Part shown: one piece after another, positions 1-10,360 of the stretch | How positions within the stretch are numbered: the first letter of the stretch is position 1 | How the letters are laid out: every line of letters begins with the position of its first letter | DNA from: a virus | Reading direction: 5' to 3' (one strand) | Length of the DNA: 64,000 nt | Virus record (IMG/VR): IMGVR_UViG_3300021560_000014 | Location: 41,937-105,936 of that record | The notes under the pieces: model-generated | The model's input: the letters and a program-made list of their open reading frames with translations, nothing else | Database searches by the model: none | Told to the model about the DNA's origin: nothing | Program-made: the position numbers and the translations under genes

Positions 1-540
1 TTCGAGTCGCAGGGCCGAGGCGTCATCCGGCCTCAGGAAATTTCATTCACCCGGCCTGCCAAGGGCACCGTCATCAACACCGCTGAGGGGGCTTTCCTCG
101 ACGACTTCGGCGAGGGCGTGGCCACGATTACGATGTCCGGGCACACCGGCTATGGCCAGGGCGGCGGCCTCCCGGCGCTCAAGCTCATCGAGCTGCTGAT
201 TATCGAGTATCACTCCCGCCGTCAGACGCTGCGCAACAGTGGAGCCGACCCCAATGCGATCCGGCTTTGGTTCCTGGACGCGCTCAACTATGAGGCGTTC
301 AGCGTCTACCCCATGTCATTCACGGTCCAGCGCAGCAAGGAGCATCCGCTGTGGGTCTACTACCAACTGCAAATGGTTGGCCTGGACGACCTGTTGTCCG
401 AGCTTGAGGGCTGGCTCGCCACCAAGATTGACGCGGGCCTTGGCGGTCTAATCGGTGGGGGAAACAAGCTGCTGCCCGCTCTGGGCGGATTGGCCAAGAC
501 GCTGGGCTCGCTGGAGGTCTCCTTCGGCAACCTGCTTTGA
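1..540 (+). CDS. Tail/baseplate-associated structural protein, 5'-truncated by the window edge
   Basis: Frame is open from base 1 (FESQGRGVIRPQEISFTRPAKGTVINTAEGAFLDDFGEGVATITMSGHTG). The DDFGxG..I..SG.TG pattern resembles tail-tube-initiator/hub-like proteins. Confidence 0.55.
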   Translation, partial: FESQGRGVIRPQEISFTRPAKGTVINTAEGAFLDDFGEGVATITMSGHTGYGQGGGLPALKLIELLIIEYHSRRQTLRNSGADPNAIRLWFLDALNYEAFSVYPMSFTVQRSKEHPLWVYYQLQMVGLDDLLSELEGWLATKIDAGLGGLIGGGNKLLPALGGLAKTLGSLEVSFGNLL

Positions 541-550
541 GGAACAAGAG

Positions 551-1228
551 ATGAAACACTTTGCCTGCGGTGCCGTTTCCTGCCCACCCAGATGTTCAGT
601 GAGCGCGGTGATTGTGCGCGCTAATGGCTACCGGGAGGACCTGGGCGAGATCGCCTTTTGGGACCCCAGCCTGCTGAAGCGGCTGCAATGGCGCTGGCGT
701 AAAGCCCGCTCGGGCGCGTTCTTCCTGGCGGCTGACCCGGTCGGCGGCCTCATTACCACGCTGGGTCCGCTCTTCCTGGCCGCGTTTCAGGTTACTGGGG
801 GCCGCGCGGTCGTCACGGGCCGTCTGCTCGGCACGACGCAGCCGTCACCACAGTACATGAGCTGGGGGACTGGGCCAGGTACAACCGGGCAGGGTGATAC
901 CACGCTCTTTGCCGAGACCTACTCGACCTTCAACAACGGCACCGGCAACCAGCGCATCATTGGGGTCATGACGCAGCAGAACATCTCCACGCCCAATGAC
1001 ACTGAGCAGGTGGTGGCGACGATTGCAGCGGCACAGGCGCAAAACGGCGTGGCCGGGCAGCTCAATGGCGCGATTGCCGAGGTCGGCCTGTTCGACAACA
1101 TCGGCACCTCGACCGCGCTCAGCGCCGCGCCCTCGGGCGGCAATATGTACTTCAAGGCTGACTTCGCGGCGGAGGTCCTGGCGCTTAACGATTCGATCAC
1201 CTTCACCTGCCAGGTGCAGTACACCTGA
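551..1228 (+). CDS. Putative virion structural protein (tail collar/fibre-attachment-like)
   Basis: ATG at 551 after GAGGAAC. WGTG...DTTLFAE...IAEVGLFD...GNMYF pattern seen in phage tail-associated proteins. Start uncertain. Confidence 0.55.
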   Translation: MKHFACGAVSCPPRCSVSAVIVRANGYREDLGEIAFWDPSLLKRLQWRWRKARSGAFFLAADPVGGLITTLGPLFLAAFQVTGGRAVVTGRLLGTTQPSPQYMSWGTGPGTTGQGDTTLFAETYSTFNNGTGNQRIIGVMTQQNISTPNDTEQVVATIAAAQAQNGVAGQLNGAIAEVGLFDNIGTSTALSAAPSGGNMYFKADFAAEVLALNDSITFTCQVQYT

Positions 1229-3078
1229 TGGCCAACTTCAACGTAACCGTTACCGCGCAAAGCGGGTCCAGCGCCAGTGTCAGCACCCAGGTGCAGCAGG
1301 TGCTTGGGCTTGTCGTCCAGGCCACGTCCGGCTCGCTGGCTGCGCTGCAAATGTACGTCACGCGCGCCCCGGCGTACAAAATCACGCCGCCGCTGGTCGA
1401 AGCCTATCTGCGCGGCTCGAAGGTGCGAGGGCCGCAAATTGTCGCCCAGCTGCAAGCCATCCTCCAGCTGGTGGCCTCCTCGCCGGTCAATCTCGCGCCG
1501 GTCGTGGGGCCGGTCGTGCTGCTTGAGCAGGCGGTCTGCAAGGTCATGAAGACCGTGGCGGCCTACATGATGAACGACCCCAATTATCCGCACCTGCCGC
1601 TCGCCATGCAGGACTCGATTGCGCAGGCGGCGGTCTCCTGGGCCGAGCTGTACGCGGTGACCGGCAATGTGGCCTTCTACGACAAGTTCCCCAACGTCAG
1701 CTCGCTGCTCACTACCTCGCCCTCGGCCCAGCTCTTCAGCGCCCAGGCGCGGGCCGTGGCCACGGCGGTCGATGTCAGGCTGGAGAGTTTCCTCAATGTC
1801 CCCATCCTGGCCGGGCTCACGGTGCAGACCTTCTGGTCAACCACGCAGGAGGCGGTGGAATCGCTCAGCCGCCTGCTGGTGATCGACTATGTCATCGGCA
1901 GTGACCCGACCATCTATTACGGTCCCAACGCCACGGTGCAGAACATCGTCGAGGACGCGCGGCGGGTGTTCCTGGGCATCGGGCCGCTGGTGCCGGACGT
2001 GCAGGCGGTGCTGACCCAGATCAGAGCGGCGGTGGCCTCTGGCTACGTCGATACTTCGGCCCTGACCATCACCTCGCTGCGGATGCCGTCCAATGCCAGT
2101 CTGCAACAGCTGGCCGCGCAAATCTACGGCAACCCCGATCTCTTCAAGCAGCTGGCGGATTTCAACGGGCTGGTCTATCCCTACGTCTCCGACGACCCGA
2201 TTGCCAAGCTCGGGCCGCCCAAGCAGCTTGGCGTGCGGCTGGCGGCTGACGTGGTGCAGGGCAGCAGCAGGTTCGCCATCACCAACGTCTCCAACTTCGC
2301 CCAGGACGACCGCCTGCTGTTTCAGTACGATGGCCACATACAGGTGGTCACCATCACGGGCATATGGGCGGTCGCGAGCCTGCCCTCGTGGGACGCCATC
2401 GGCGGCATCGACGAGCTGCCCGACATCGACACCGGGGCCGGGATTATCAACATCGGCAGCTTCGACTGGAACACGGTGCCGCCGCAATACTACGACCGCG
2501 AGGCGCTGAACTTCACCATCCAGGTCTCGCCGCCGACCGACATCGCCTACGCTGCGGCTAACACCGTGGTCACGCTCTATCCGTCCACTTATGACGGCGG
2601 CGTGGTGCTCGGGACCGGTGACACGCTGCTGGTGCCCAATGTGCTCGGGCAATCGACCGCGCTCATCATCGACAACAATTACACCGATGCCCAGCGGCTG
2701 GGGACCGACGCGGCGACCGATCAGGACGGCAATCTGAACATCGCCAACGGCGACCTCGCCACCGTGACCGGCGTGCCGAACCTCAAGCAGGCGCTCATCA
2801 ACCGCTTCAAGGTCGAGCGCGGCATGCTCATCCATCACCCGACCTATGGCACCGGCCTCAGGGGCTACCTCGGCAGGGTGATCGGGCCGGGGTCGGCCTT
2901 CCTGGTCACGGTCGATGCCACCCAGACTGCGCTGGCGGACCCGCGCGTTACCGGGCTCGCCCAAATTCAATCGCTGCTGATCGCCGATGCGGTCAACATT
3001 GAATTCAACGTCGCCTTGGCCAATGGAGTGCTGGCCTTTCCGACCAACCTGGAGCTGACCGTGCCGACGGGCGGGTGA
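1228..3078 (+). CDS. Baseplate wedge protein with C-terminal gp25/GPW-like domain
   Basis: C-terminal GDLATVTGVPNLKQALINRFKVERGMLIHHPTYGTGL...DPRV is gp25-like. Central LQQLAAQIYGNPDLFKQLADFNGL is LysM/tail-X-like. Confidence 0.7.
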   Translation: MANFNVTVTAQSGSSASVSTQVQQVLGLVVQATSGSLAALQMYVTRAPAYKITPPLVEAYLRGSKVRGPQIVAQLQAILQLVASSPVNLAPVVGPVVLLEQAVCKVMKTVAAYMMNDPNYPHLPLAMQDSIAQAAVSWAELYAVTGNVAFYDKFPNVSSLLTTSPSAQLFSAQARAVATAVDVRLESFLNVPILAGLTVQTFWSTTQEAVESLSRLLVIDYVIGSDPTIYYGPNATVQNIVEDARRVFLGIGPLVPDVQAVLTQIRAAVASGYVDTSALTITSLRMPSNASLQQLAAQIYGNPDLFKQLADFNGLVYPYVSDDPIAKLGPPKQLGVRLAADVVQGSSRFAITNVSNFAQDDRLLFQYDGHIQVVTITGIWAVASLPSWDAIGGIDELPDIDTGAGIINIGSFDWNTVPPQYYDREALNFTIQVSPPTDIAYAAANTVVTLYPSTYDGGVVLGTGDTLLVPNVLGQSTALIIDNNYTDAQRLGTDAATDQDGNLNIANGDLATVTGVPNLKQALINRFKVERGMLIHHPTYGTGLRGYLGRVIGPGSAFLVTVDATQTALADPRVTGLAQIQSLLIADAVNIEFNVALANGVLAFPTNLELTVPTGG

Positions 3079-3123
3079 TCACCTTCGTTGCGGCCCCGTT
3101 TCCTGCCCACACCAGAGAGGAAG

Positions 3124-4278
3124 ATGGCTTTTCAATTCAGGAGTTCGGCGACGATTACGGCGGAGATGATCGCGCGCATCACGGCGATGGCCCCGCAGAT
3201 TACGGACTATACCGAGGGTGGTATTGTCCGCTCGCTGGCCGAGACCGTGGCCGATGAGTTGCAACAGCTCGACGAGGCGGTTTATGCGGGCCTGCGCGAG
3301 GCGATCAACACGGCGGTCTACAAAGCCTTCAGCTTCAATCGCAAGCCTGCCTCCTATGCACTGGGGATCGAGCGCTTCGTGGCTATACCTGGCATCATCG
3401 TCCCGGTCACCATCCCGGTCGGTACTCCGGTGATGGTGCCTGGTTCGGCGATTCAGTACACGGTGACGCAGCAGGGCGTGATCAATCCCGCTCCGGCCCC
3501 GAATTTCATCGACCTGCCGATTATGGCCTCGGTGCCAGGGTCGATAGGCAACACTCCGGCCAACACCATCACGCTCCAGGGTGGAGTTTTCAATATCCAG
3601 CTGGTCAGCAATCTTCAACCAGTCGTCAGTGGCCAGGATCAGGAGTCCGATCAGCAGCGCTTCAACCGTTTTCAGAATTATATTGCAGGATTGACTCAAG
3701 CCACGCTGCCCGCGATCCGGGCGCTGGCGCTGTCCACCTCACTGACTGACGCCAACGGCAACATCTACGAGGGGGTGCAGAATGCGCTGGTGGAAGAGCC
3801 CTTCCTGGAGGGGCAAGCCTTCCTCGGCCATGTCCTGGTCTACATAGATAATGGGACTGGGAGTGCTTCACCGGCCCTGGTGGCGGCGGTGACTAACAAC
3901 CTGGCGGGTTATACTGACTCGCAGGGCGTTGAACACCTGGGGTCGATTGGCGCGGGGGTTGATTTTCAGGTGCTGCCGGTGACGCCGATGCTGCTGTCCC
4001 TCACGGTCGGCATTATCCTGCTGCCTGGAGCCGACCCGGTCGGCACTCCGCAGCTGGTGCAGACTGCGGTCATCAACTACCTCATGAGCCTGCGGGTGAA
4101 CGACGAGGCTGTGCTGAACCAGATCGACGCGGTGGTGATCGGTGTCGGCGGGATTCTCGATGATCAGCTGGCAACTCCGGATGGCATCGTGATGACCACG
4201 AACGTGATTCCGCCCAACGGTTACCGGATCACGCCGGGAGTCATCACTGTGGTCGTGGTGGGGAGCTTCGGGTCCTGA
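3124..4278 (+). CDS. Baseplate J-like protein
   Basis: ATG at 3124 after GAGAGGAAG. ITDYTEGGIVRSLAE, PGSIGNTPANTI and SGQDQESDQQRFNRF motifs typical of Baseplate_J. Confidence 0.9.
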   Translation: MAFQFRSSATITAEMIARITAMAPQITDYTEGGIVRSLAETVADELQQLDEAVYAGLREAINTAVYKAFSFNRKPASYALGIERFVAIPGIIVPVTIPVGTPVMVPGSAIQYTVTQQGVINPAPAPNFIDLPIMASVPGSIGNTPANTITLQGGVFNIQLVSNLQPVVSGQDQESDQQRFNRFQNYIAGLTQATLPAIRALALSTSLTDANGNIYEGVQNALVEEPFLEGQAFLGHVLVYIDNGTGSASPALVAAVTNNLAGYTDSQGVEHLGSIGAGVDFQVLPVTPMLLSLTVGIILLPGADPVGTPQLVQTAVINYLMSLRVNDEAVLNQIDAVVIGVGGILDDQLATPDGIVMTTNVIPPNGYRITPGVITVVVVGSFGS

Positions 4279-6242
4279 TGGCTTCGACACTGATCGGTAA
4301 CCAGCGCATGGTTGATGCCCTGATGGCAGCCAGGGTCAGGCCGGTCTCTGCCGCTCCGATGCTGGCCGCTCCGGTGGCAGCTGGCGGTTATGTGCCTCCT
4401 GCGGTGCTGCTGCGGCTGCTCGACCCGCGCCACCTGACTGACGCGCTCAACAAGGAGCCCTCCGGCGACGGCATGATGCTGCCGGTCAACGCCCTGCTCT
4501 CGATGCAGGGCTATGATCCGCTCACCAACATCGCAGCGGGGATTCAGCTCGTGTACACGGGCGACACTCTGGCAACAGTGACCGTGCGGCACTATCACCT
4601 CATTACCTCAACGGCGGCGGGATTCAACCTCTCACTCGACCTCTCGGTCATCCCTACCCTCTCAGCCCTGGTGGCGCAGATAAATGCCACCACTGGCTAT
4701 TCAGCTCAACTGGATGCCGGGGCCGACCCCAATGCCTCGCCGCTGCGCCTGATCGAGATGGACCGGCAGAACATCGGGACGCAGGCGCTCAGGATGTTCG
4801 TCTCGACCTCGGTGCTGTGGTCGATTATGAAGGCCGTCGCCTGGGCGATTGAGGATTCCTACGTCAACCTGGTCAACGGCCTGCTCGAACTCGAACCGGC
4901 CACGGCGGATGGCCGCTGGGTCGATGTCTGGGGCAGCACCTACGGCAACGTCATCAGGAACGCGGGCGAGTCCGACAATGTCTATTCGACCCGCATCATC
5001 AAGGAGGTCGTGCGCCAGCGGCTGACGGTCGCCGCGCTGGAGCTAATCCTGCCGCAGGACCTCGGCTTCCCTGCCGGGTCCGTGACCGTCTCCGGCAATC
5101 TTTACCCGCTAGTCTTCGTCGTTGGCCAGACCAAGGTCGGCAGCAAGATCCTGTGCGACCGGATTCACTGCCGGACGGTGTTCTTCGTCAATATCGACCA
5201 GGCAGTCACTGAGGCCATGACGCCTGCGCAGTGTCAGGCGTTCCCTGCGATACTCAATCGCAACCGCATGGCGGGCACACTGCCGGTCACTCCCTGGCTG
5301 CCATATGTGGTGTGGCCAGCGGGCTCCTATGTGGTCTATGGGGGTTACATTTTCCATGCCGCAGCTGATGCGCCAGCTGGCTTGAGTCCGATCTTCGACT
5401 CGGTCGGCGAGGCCAATAAGTGGGGCGTCTCCATCAACTTTGGCGATCTGACCAATATCGCGCCGCTGGTGCCTTATCCATGGTTCATCCTGACCCCGCT
5501 GCCAGTCGGGCCGATTACACCTCCGGGGCCTCCGGGGTTGCAGTTCACCGCCCCGGTAATCAGTACGGCCAGCGTGAGCATGACCGTCACGACGGCCCCG
5601 ATACCTTACAACACAGTCGTGCTCAATGACGGTCCTGCCGCCTTCTGGCCTTTGGATGATGGAGCTGGTTCGAGTTCGACGCGGGAACTCGTCGGCAATG
5701 TAACCGGGACACCGACCAACATCACCTTCGGCGCAGCTGGCGCGACCAGCGACGGCGCTACAGCTGCATCATTCGATGGGGCGACGAGTCAGATCACGAT
5801 CCCCAACCTGTGGGGAGGCAATCAATTTCCTCTGCTGCCGATCACTGTCGAGTTCTTCGTCAAAGGCTCGACGACGAGTCCAATCGGCATTTTTGACACC
5901 TTCCCCTCTAGCGCTGGTATGCGCAACTACCCGGCAGGTCAGTACGGCTATGTCAGCTATGCCACCTATAACCTCGGCCTGCCGGACACCAACTGGCATC
6001 ACGTCGCTTTCGTCATGTACTACACGACGCAGCGGATGCTTGATTATTACCTCGACGGTGTGCTCGTCCGCTCGACTTCCGACACTTCAGGCAACAACTA
6101 CACGGGCTTCGGCACGCCGGGCATGCTCGGCAACATCAACACTGGCGGCGCGGGCTGGTTTGCGGGCTCGCTGGCAAAGGTGGCGATTTACAACAAGCAG
6201 CTGACTGCGACGCAGATCGCGAATCACTACGCGCGCAGATGA
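4278..6242 (+). CDS. Baseplate wedge protein with C-terminal LamG/concanavalin-like domain
   Basis: ATADGRWVDVWG..YGNVIRNAGESD..Y..RII motif directly after BpJ. C-terminal AFWPLDD...WHHVAFV...YLDG...FAGSLAKVAIYNKQLTATQI is LamG-like. Confidence 0.75.
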   Translation: MASTLIGNQRMVDALMAARVRPVSAAPMLAAPVAAGGYVPPAVLLRLLDPRHLTDALNKEPSGDGMMLPVNALLSMQGYDPLTNIAAGIQLVYTGDTLATVTVRHYHLITSTAAGFNLSLDLSVIPTLSALVAQINATTGYSAQLDAGADPNASPLRLIEMDRQNIGTQALRMFVSTSVLWSIMKAVAWAIEDSYVNLVNGLLELEPATADGRWVDVWGSTYGNVIRNAGESDNVYSTRIIKEVVRQRLTVAALELILPQDLGFPAGSVTVSGNLYPLVFVVGQTKVGSKILCDRIHCRTVFFVNIDQAVTEAMTPAQCQAFPAILNRNRMAGTLPVTPWLPYVVWPAGSYVVYGGYIFHAAADAPAGLSPIFDSVGEANKWGVSINFGDLTNIAPLVPYPWFILTPLPVGPITPPGPPGLQFTAPVISTASVSMTVTTAPIPYNTVVLNDGPAAFWPLDDGAGSSSTRELVGNVTGTPTNITFGAAGATSDGATAASFDGATSQITIPNLWGGNQFPLLPITVEFFVKGSTTSPIGIFDTFPSSAGMRNYPAGQYGYVSYATYNLGLPDTNWHHVAFVMYYTTQRMLDYYLDGVLVRSTSDTSGNNYTGFGTPGMLGNINTGGAGWFAGSLAKVAIYNKQLTATQIANHYARR

Positions 6243-6267
6243 GATTGGGTTGGGTTGAGGGTCCTCT

Positions 6268-9200
6268 ATGAAGAAACTAATCGCGCTCCTTTTCATGCTC
6301 GTGGCCACGCTCGCGTGGGCGCAGACTGAGACTCCTCAGCCGTACAAACCCATCCCGAATTACACCGGAGTGGGGGCCGGGCAGAAGCTGCTCGATGATA
6401 TAAACGGCAAGCTCGCAGGCCCGGATGTCGTCCAGCCCGCGCTGGTCAAGCTCTATTTCGCCCATCTGCCAGCTGAGAAAAACGGCCAGATGTACTATGT
6501 GATCGACGGCATGCCGGGCAGCAGCCCGTGCACTGGGGGAGGGGGTGGTGCAATCGCGACTGGCATAAGTGGCCAGTGGTCCTGCAGTGGGGGAGGGGGA
6601 GGTGGTGGTGCGATGCCGGTCCCCTGCATTGGGAACATCCCGCTCGTCAGTGGGGTCGGGGCTTATACTGCCAGCTGTGTGGGCACTGCCAGCTATTGCT
6701 CTTGCCGCGATACGACCAATCCCGCATTCACCTGCTATACTGGCAACCCTGTCACGGGCAGCGTCGCGGTCACTGGCAACGGCAATGACAACGCCCAGGT
6801 CATGTGTTCGACCACCTCGCCGACGTACCCGAGCGTCACCAACTACGTCGGCCCGGTGAACATAGCTGGCAACTCGGCCAATGGTACGGATGTTATCTCG
6901 GGCGTCAACGGCGTCTTACCCAACGCGCTGAACATGCAGGCGTTTGGCTATAAGACCGATGCGCGCAGTGACATTACGTGTGCTATCAATAACCTCGGCG
7001 GCAGTCCGGGGACCGTTACTGGCTGCACCGTGCTGGCCCTTACCTCCGCTGACGTTGGCCATCCGTTTCGGGCAGTCTGGCCAGGCTCGCCTTATGGCGC
7101 GAACGTCTCTGGTAGCGGTACTGGTAACCTCACGCCGTGTATTGCCTCAGTCACCGACGTGGCAAGTTTTGTCTATGGTGTGATCACTCACTGGACGCCT
7201 TCCTCCGTGATCGCGACTGGCAAGACCATCGAGGACTCCAATGGGAACACTGAGACAGCCACTACAGGAGGCACTACGGGAACCTCCAAGTGGGGACCAA
7301 CCTGGCCTGTCACGCAGGGGACGACTACCACTGACGGGTCAGTGTTGTGGACGTTGACCTCCCTGGGCTCGACTGGGGCTTGTCAGCAGGCGCCCTACCC
7401 CGGTACGTCGCAGACTGGCGTTTACGTGCAGACTGGCACTGACGACTTGTGGCCCATAATGCGCGCCGTGTTGTCGGTCGGGCCTGTGGGCAGTAACGCA
7501 GTCTATCCCATAAAGCTCTTTTTCAGCAGTGGTGTAGGCATGATAACTGACACCATTGAGCTGCGAGGGCGCAGTGGCGAGATCGGTGGCATCGGGTCGT
7601 TCCAGAGTTCGGCGCTGGCGACGCTGGTGTGGGATGGCCCGCGTGGGCATCCGGCCATGCGGGTGCATGGTGATACTGGGCTGTGGGTCCATGACTTTTA
7701 CTTCATTCCCAACAGCAGCTCCAACAACCGATGGTCAGCCTGCGTTGACACGTTGCAGGACACACAGCTGAACGCGTTCGACCGAATCGAGCGCATCAAC
7801 TGCAATCCCGACTATGGCCCTCAGCCGGACTGGGGGTATGTCAACAACCTGCCGACACTCAAGTATGGCACCTATGGCCTGGAGTTCGACCCTGACAGTA
7901 CAGGGCAGAACGACCGCCTGCAGATCAACCAGCTGAGCACTGGGCGCGATGAGACCTGCTTCTTCGTTGGACAGCAGCAGATCGATACCGACGTAATCAT
8001 GGATAGCACCTGCACGGCGGGGAGCAATACCTGCTTCGTGGACGATGCCGGAGGCCAAATCACCTTCCGCGATAATTCCTGTCTAGGCAATGGGTTGAGC
8101 TACTCCTTCGGTGGCGGTGTCAGGGTGTTCATTGACATGCCGACTTATCAGGCCGGTCCCGCGTGGCAAGGCGAGCAGATACCGTTCAGCCTGCAGCTGC
8201 TCCGTTTTGACAGTGGAGCTACGGTCGGTATGAATGGTCAGGCACCCGTGTCCGGCTCGCACACGCCGGATAATGGCGTCACAATCGACACCGCAGGCAG
8301 AGGCATTCTCCCGGTTTATCCTGGCAACAGCGCTACGGTGGTGGCCAATCAGGTTGTTCAGCTGGCACCTAACTGGCCTGACTGGGAGCCTTCCCTGGGC
8401 GCTGCCCTGCCGAGCTTCGAGGCGTGGTGGCCGTCGAGTCCGTTCGGCAGCCGGACCATCATCCTGCCAGTGAACAATAACCCCAACTTGGATTACTTCA
8501 TCGTCAATCCGATCCCTTCCTCCGCCAGCCCCATCGGCATCACCGGCCTGACTGAGCCGAATTGGAACAGCATCTGTCCGACCATCGGCATGAATTGTAC
8601 TGACTCACAGACTGGCCATGCGGGTATCACATGGACCAACTACGGGCCGATTCCACCGCAGTACGTTGTAGTCCCCAGCGTCGGCAACCCTGGACGCTTC
8701 GCCTTTCTGCTTACTGGCAGTGGGACGACTGGAACTGCTCCGCCCATATGGCCGCAGGCGGTGGGGTCACCAATCGTCGATGGGACAGCCAATTGGCTCA
8801 ACATCGGCGTGCTGCCGACCAATCCCGGCCTGTTCGCCTTCCGTGCCTCGGCGGCCTGTACTACTGGCTCGACTCCGCCCACAGCGTTCTCTCAGGCGCT
8901 CAATGGCACTACGTCTGATGGCGGCTGCTCTTGGGTCACTACTTACGGCGGAGTGTTTACCAATGGTATCTGGCAAGGCACGAACGCCACGACCACGAAC
9001 GTGCTGGATATGGCAAATGCCGGTATCGCTCAGGGTAGTGGAGGGACTGGCGACGCGGCCTCGGTGGCCGAGACCTATATCGACATGACACCGATCAACG
9101 GCAACTCCAGCCTGCCTCACACTGCCCTTTATGCTGGGTCGCAGTACGGCTTTGGCAAGCCCGGCGTCCTGCGCATCCGTACTGGTCTGGACAACAGCGG

Positions 9201-10344
9201 CACGAGCAACCGGCAGAACCAGATCATCTACCGGCGCGGCACTTATGGCGCATCGGCGGCAGGAGAGGTCACGGAGGAGACGATACCAGGGAATAGTCAG
9301 GTCTTTCAGACTTACCGCAGAGACTTGAATGGTAAGGTCAACGTAAACGGCGGCCCGCTCGCGCTCAATCAGTTGCCTGCTCCTACTACTCCGGCATCGG
9401 GCACCTGCATGGTCCCGGCCTGGGTTGCCAGCACTCCAGTCTTCAACCGCTGGGTGATAAAGCCGACAGCTGGCAACGCTGGTGCCTACTTCTTTCAGAA
9501 CCAGACCGGGGCGACGTTCACTACTGGCACGACTCAACCGGCCACCTGGAATCAGACCGTTGGCGGCACGACATCGGACAATGGCAATCTCTGGACGAAC
9601 GTGGGCAGCGGTGCGTCTGGAAGTCCCGGCGTTGGGGCTGCGGGGCTATATCGTGTCAAGACTACCTGGCGCGCTGGGACTGGCGCGCTGCCGGGGGAGA
9701 CGACTGCGAGCCCTGAGGCGACTGTCGCCTGTGGCCCGACTGACTCCCAGGTTCCGTCTGCCACGACTGGTGTCCCGACCACCTATGGGGTCGCGATCAC
9801 CTTCACCAATTATGTCGTGCAGGGGCCTGACTCAATTGGAGTCTACGCCACCACTGGTGCCGCGAACGCGGAAGCACTCAGCGTGATCACGCCGCTCGAT
9901 ACCTTCGGGGGCAATGGCAATACCGGGGGCTCGTTCAACCTGCCGGTCGCCCGTATAGTGCCGCCGCCGTGGGTGGTCAGTACGGTCCATGCAATCAACG
10001 ATGTCATGAAGCCTGTAAACAACAATGCGGGCGGTTTCACTTATGTAGAGGTCAATCCGTACTGCCGTTCGAGCACCACCACGGAGCCGACCTGGTCGCA
10101 GGTTATTGCCGCTGCCACTACAGATGGCGAATGCTCGTGGGTCAATATCGGGCTGGGTACGCCGCCGACAGTCAACTCGACTACACCGCTGCAATGGGGC
10201 ATCCCGGACGTTGCGCTCGGGGGCGGCGCGGCTCCGACGTTGGGCACGATTGGCGGCAGCGGCCCGGCTACGGCTGCACAGAATTCATGGCTTCAGCTGA
10301 AGGACTCAACTGGCGCGAACGTCTGGGTACCGATCTGGAAGTGA
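6268..10344 (+). CDS. Large fibre/tailspike-like protein (1358 aa) with N-terminal signal peptide
   Basis: MKKLIALLFMLVATLAWA-Q signal peptide; G/T/S/N/C-rich; beta-helix-like central region; repeated P.W....G.T..DG...W modules; located after the baseplate genes. Confidence 0.6.
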   Translation: MKKLIALLFMLVATLAWAQTETPQPYKPIPNYTGVGAGQKLLDDINGKLAGPDVVQPALVKLYFAHLPAEKNGQMYYVIDGMPGSSPCTGGGGGAIATGISGQWSCSGGGGGGGAMPVPCIGNIPLVSGVGAYTASCVGTASYCSCRDTTNPAFTCYTGNPVTGSVAVTGNGNDNAQVMCSTTSPTYPSVTNYVGPVNIAGNSANGTDVISGVNGVLPNALNMQAFGYKTDARSDITCAINNLGGSPGTVTGCTVLALTSADVGHPFRAVWPGSPYGANVSGSGTGNLTPCIASVTDVASFVYGVITHWTPSSVIATGKTIEDSNGNTETATTGGTTGTSKWGPTWPVTQGTTTTDGSVLWTLTSLGSTGACQQAPYPGTSQTGVYVQTGTDDLWPIMRAVLSVGPVGSNAVYPIKLFFSSGVGMITDTIELRGRSGEIGGIGSFQSSALATLVWDGPRGHPAMRVHGDTGLWVHDFYFIPNSSSNNRWSACVDTLQDTQLNAFDRIERINCNPDYGPQPDWGYVNNLPTLKYGTYGLEFDPDSTGQNDRLQINQLSTGRDETCFFVGQQQIDTDVIMDSTCTAGSNTCFVDDAGGQITFRDNSCLGNGLSYSFGGGVRVFIDMPTYQAGPAWQGEQIPFSLQLLRFDSGATVGMNGQAPVSGSHTPDNGVTIDTAGRGILPVYPGNSATVVANQVVQLAPNWPDWEPSLGAALPSFEAWWPSSPFGSRTIILPVNNNPNLDYFIVNPIPSSASPIGITGLTEPNWNSICPTIGMNCTDSQTGHAGITWTNYGPIPPQYVVVPSVGNPGRFAFLLTGSGTTGTAPPIWPQAVGSPIVDGTANWLNIGVLPTNPGLFAFRASAACTTGSTPPTAFSQALNGTTSDGGCSWVTTYGGVFTNGIWQGTNATTTNVLDMANAGIAQGSGGTGDAASVAETYIDMTPINGNSSLPHTALYAGSQYGFGKPGVLRIRTGLDNSGTSNRQNQIIYRRGTYGASAAGEVTEETIPGNSQVFQTYRRDLNGKVNVNGGPLALNQLPAPTTPASGTCMVPAWVASTPVFNRWVIKPTAGNAGAYFFQNQTGATFTTGTTQPATWNQTVGGTTSDNGNLWTNVGSGASGSPGVGAAGLYRVKTTWRAGTGALPGETTASPEATVACGPTDSQVPSATTGVPTTYGVAITFTNYVVQGPDSIGVYATTGAANAEALSVITPLDTFGGNGNTGGSFNLPVARIVPPPWVVSTVHAINDVMKPVNNNAGGFTYVEVNPYCRSSTTTEPTWSQVIAAATTDGECSWVNIGLGTPPTVNSTTPLQWGIPDVALGGGAAPTLGTIGGSGPATAAQNSWLQLKDSTGANVWVPIWK

Positions 10345-10360
10345 GCGGGAGGGGAAGGTC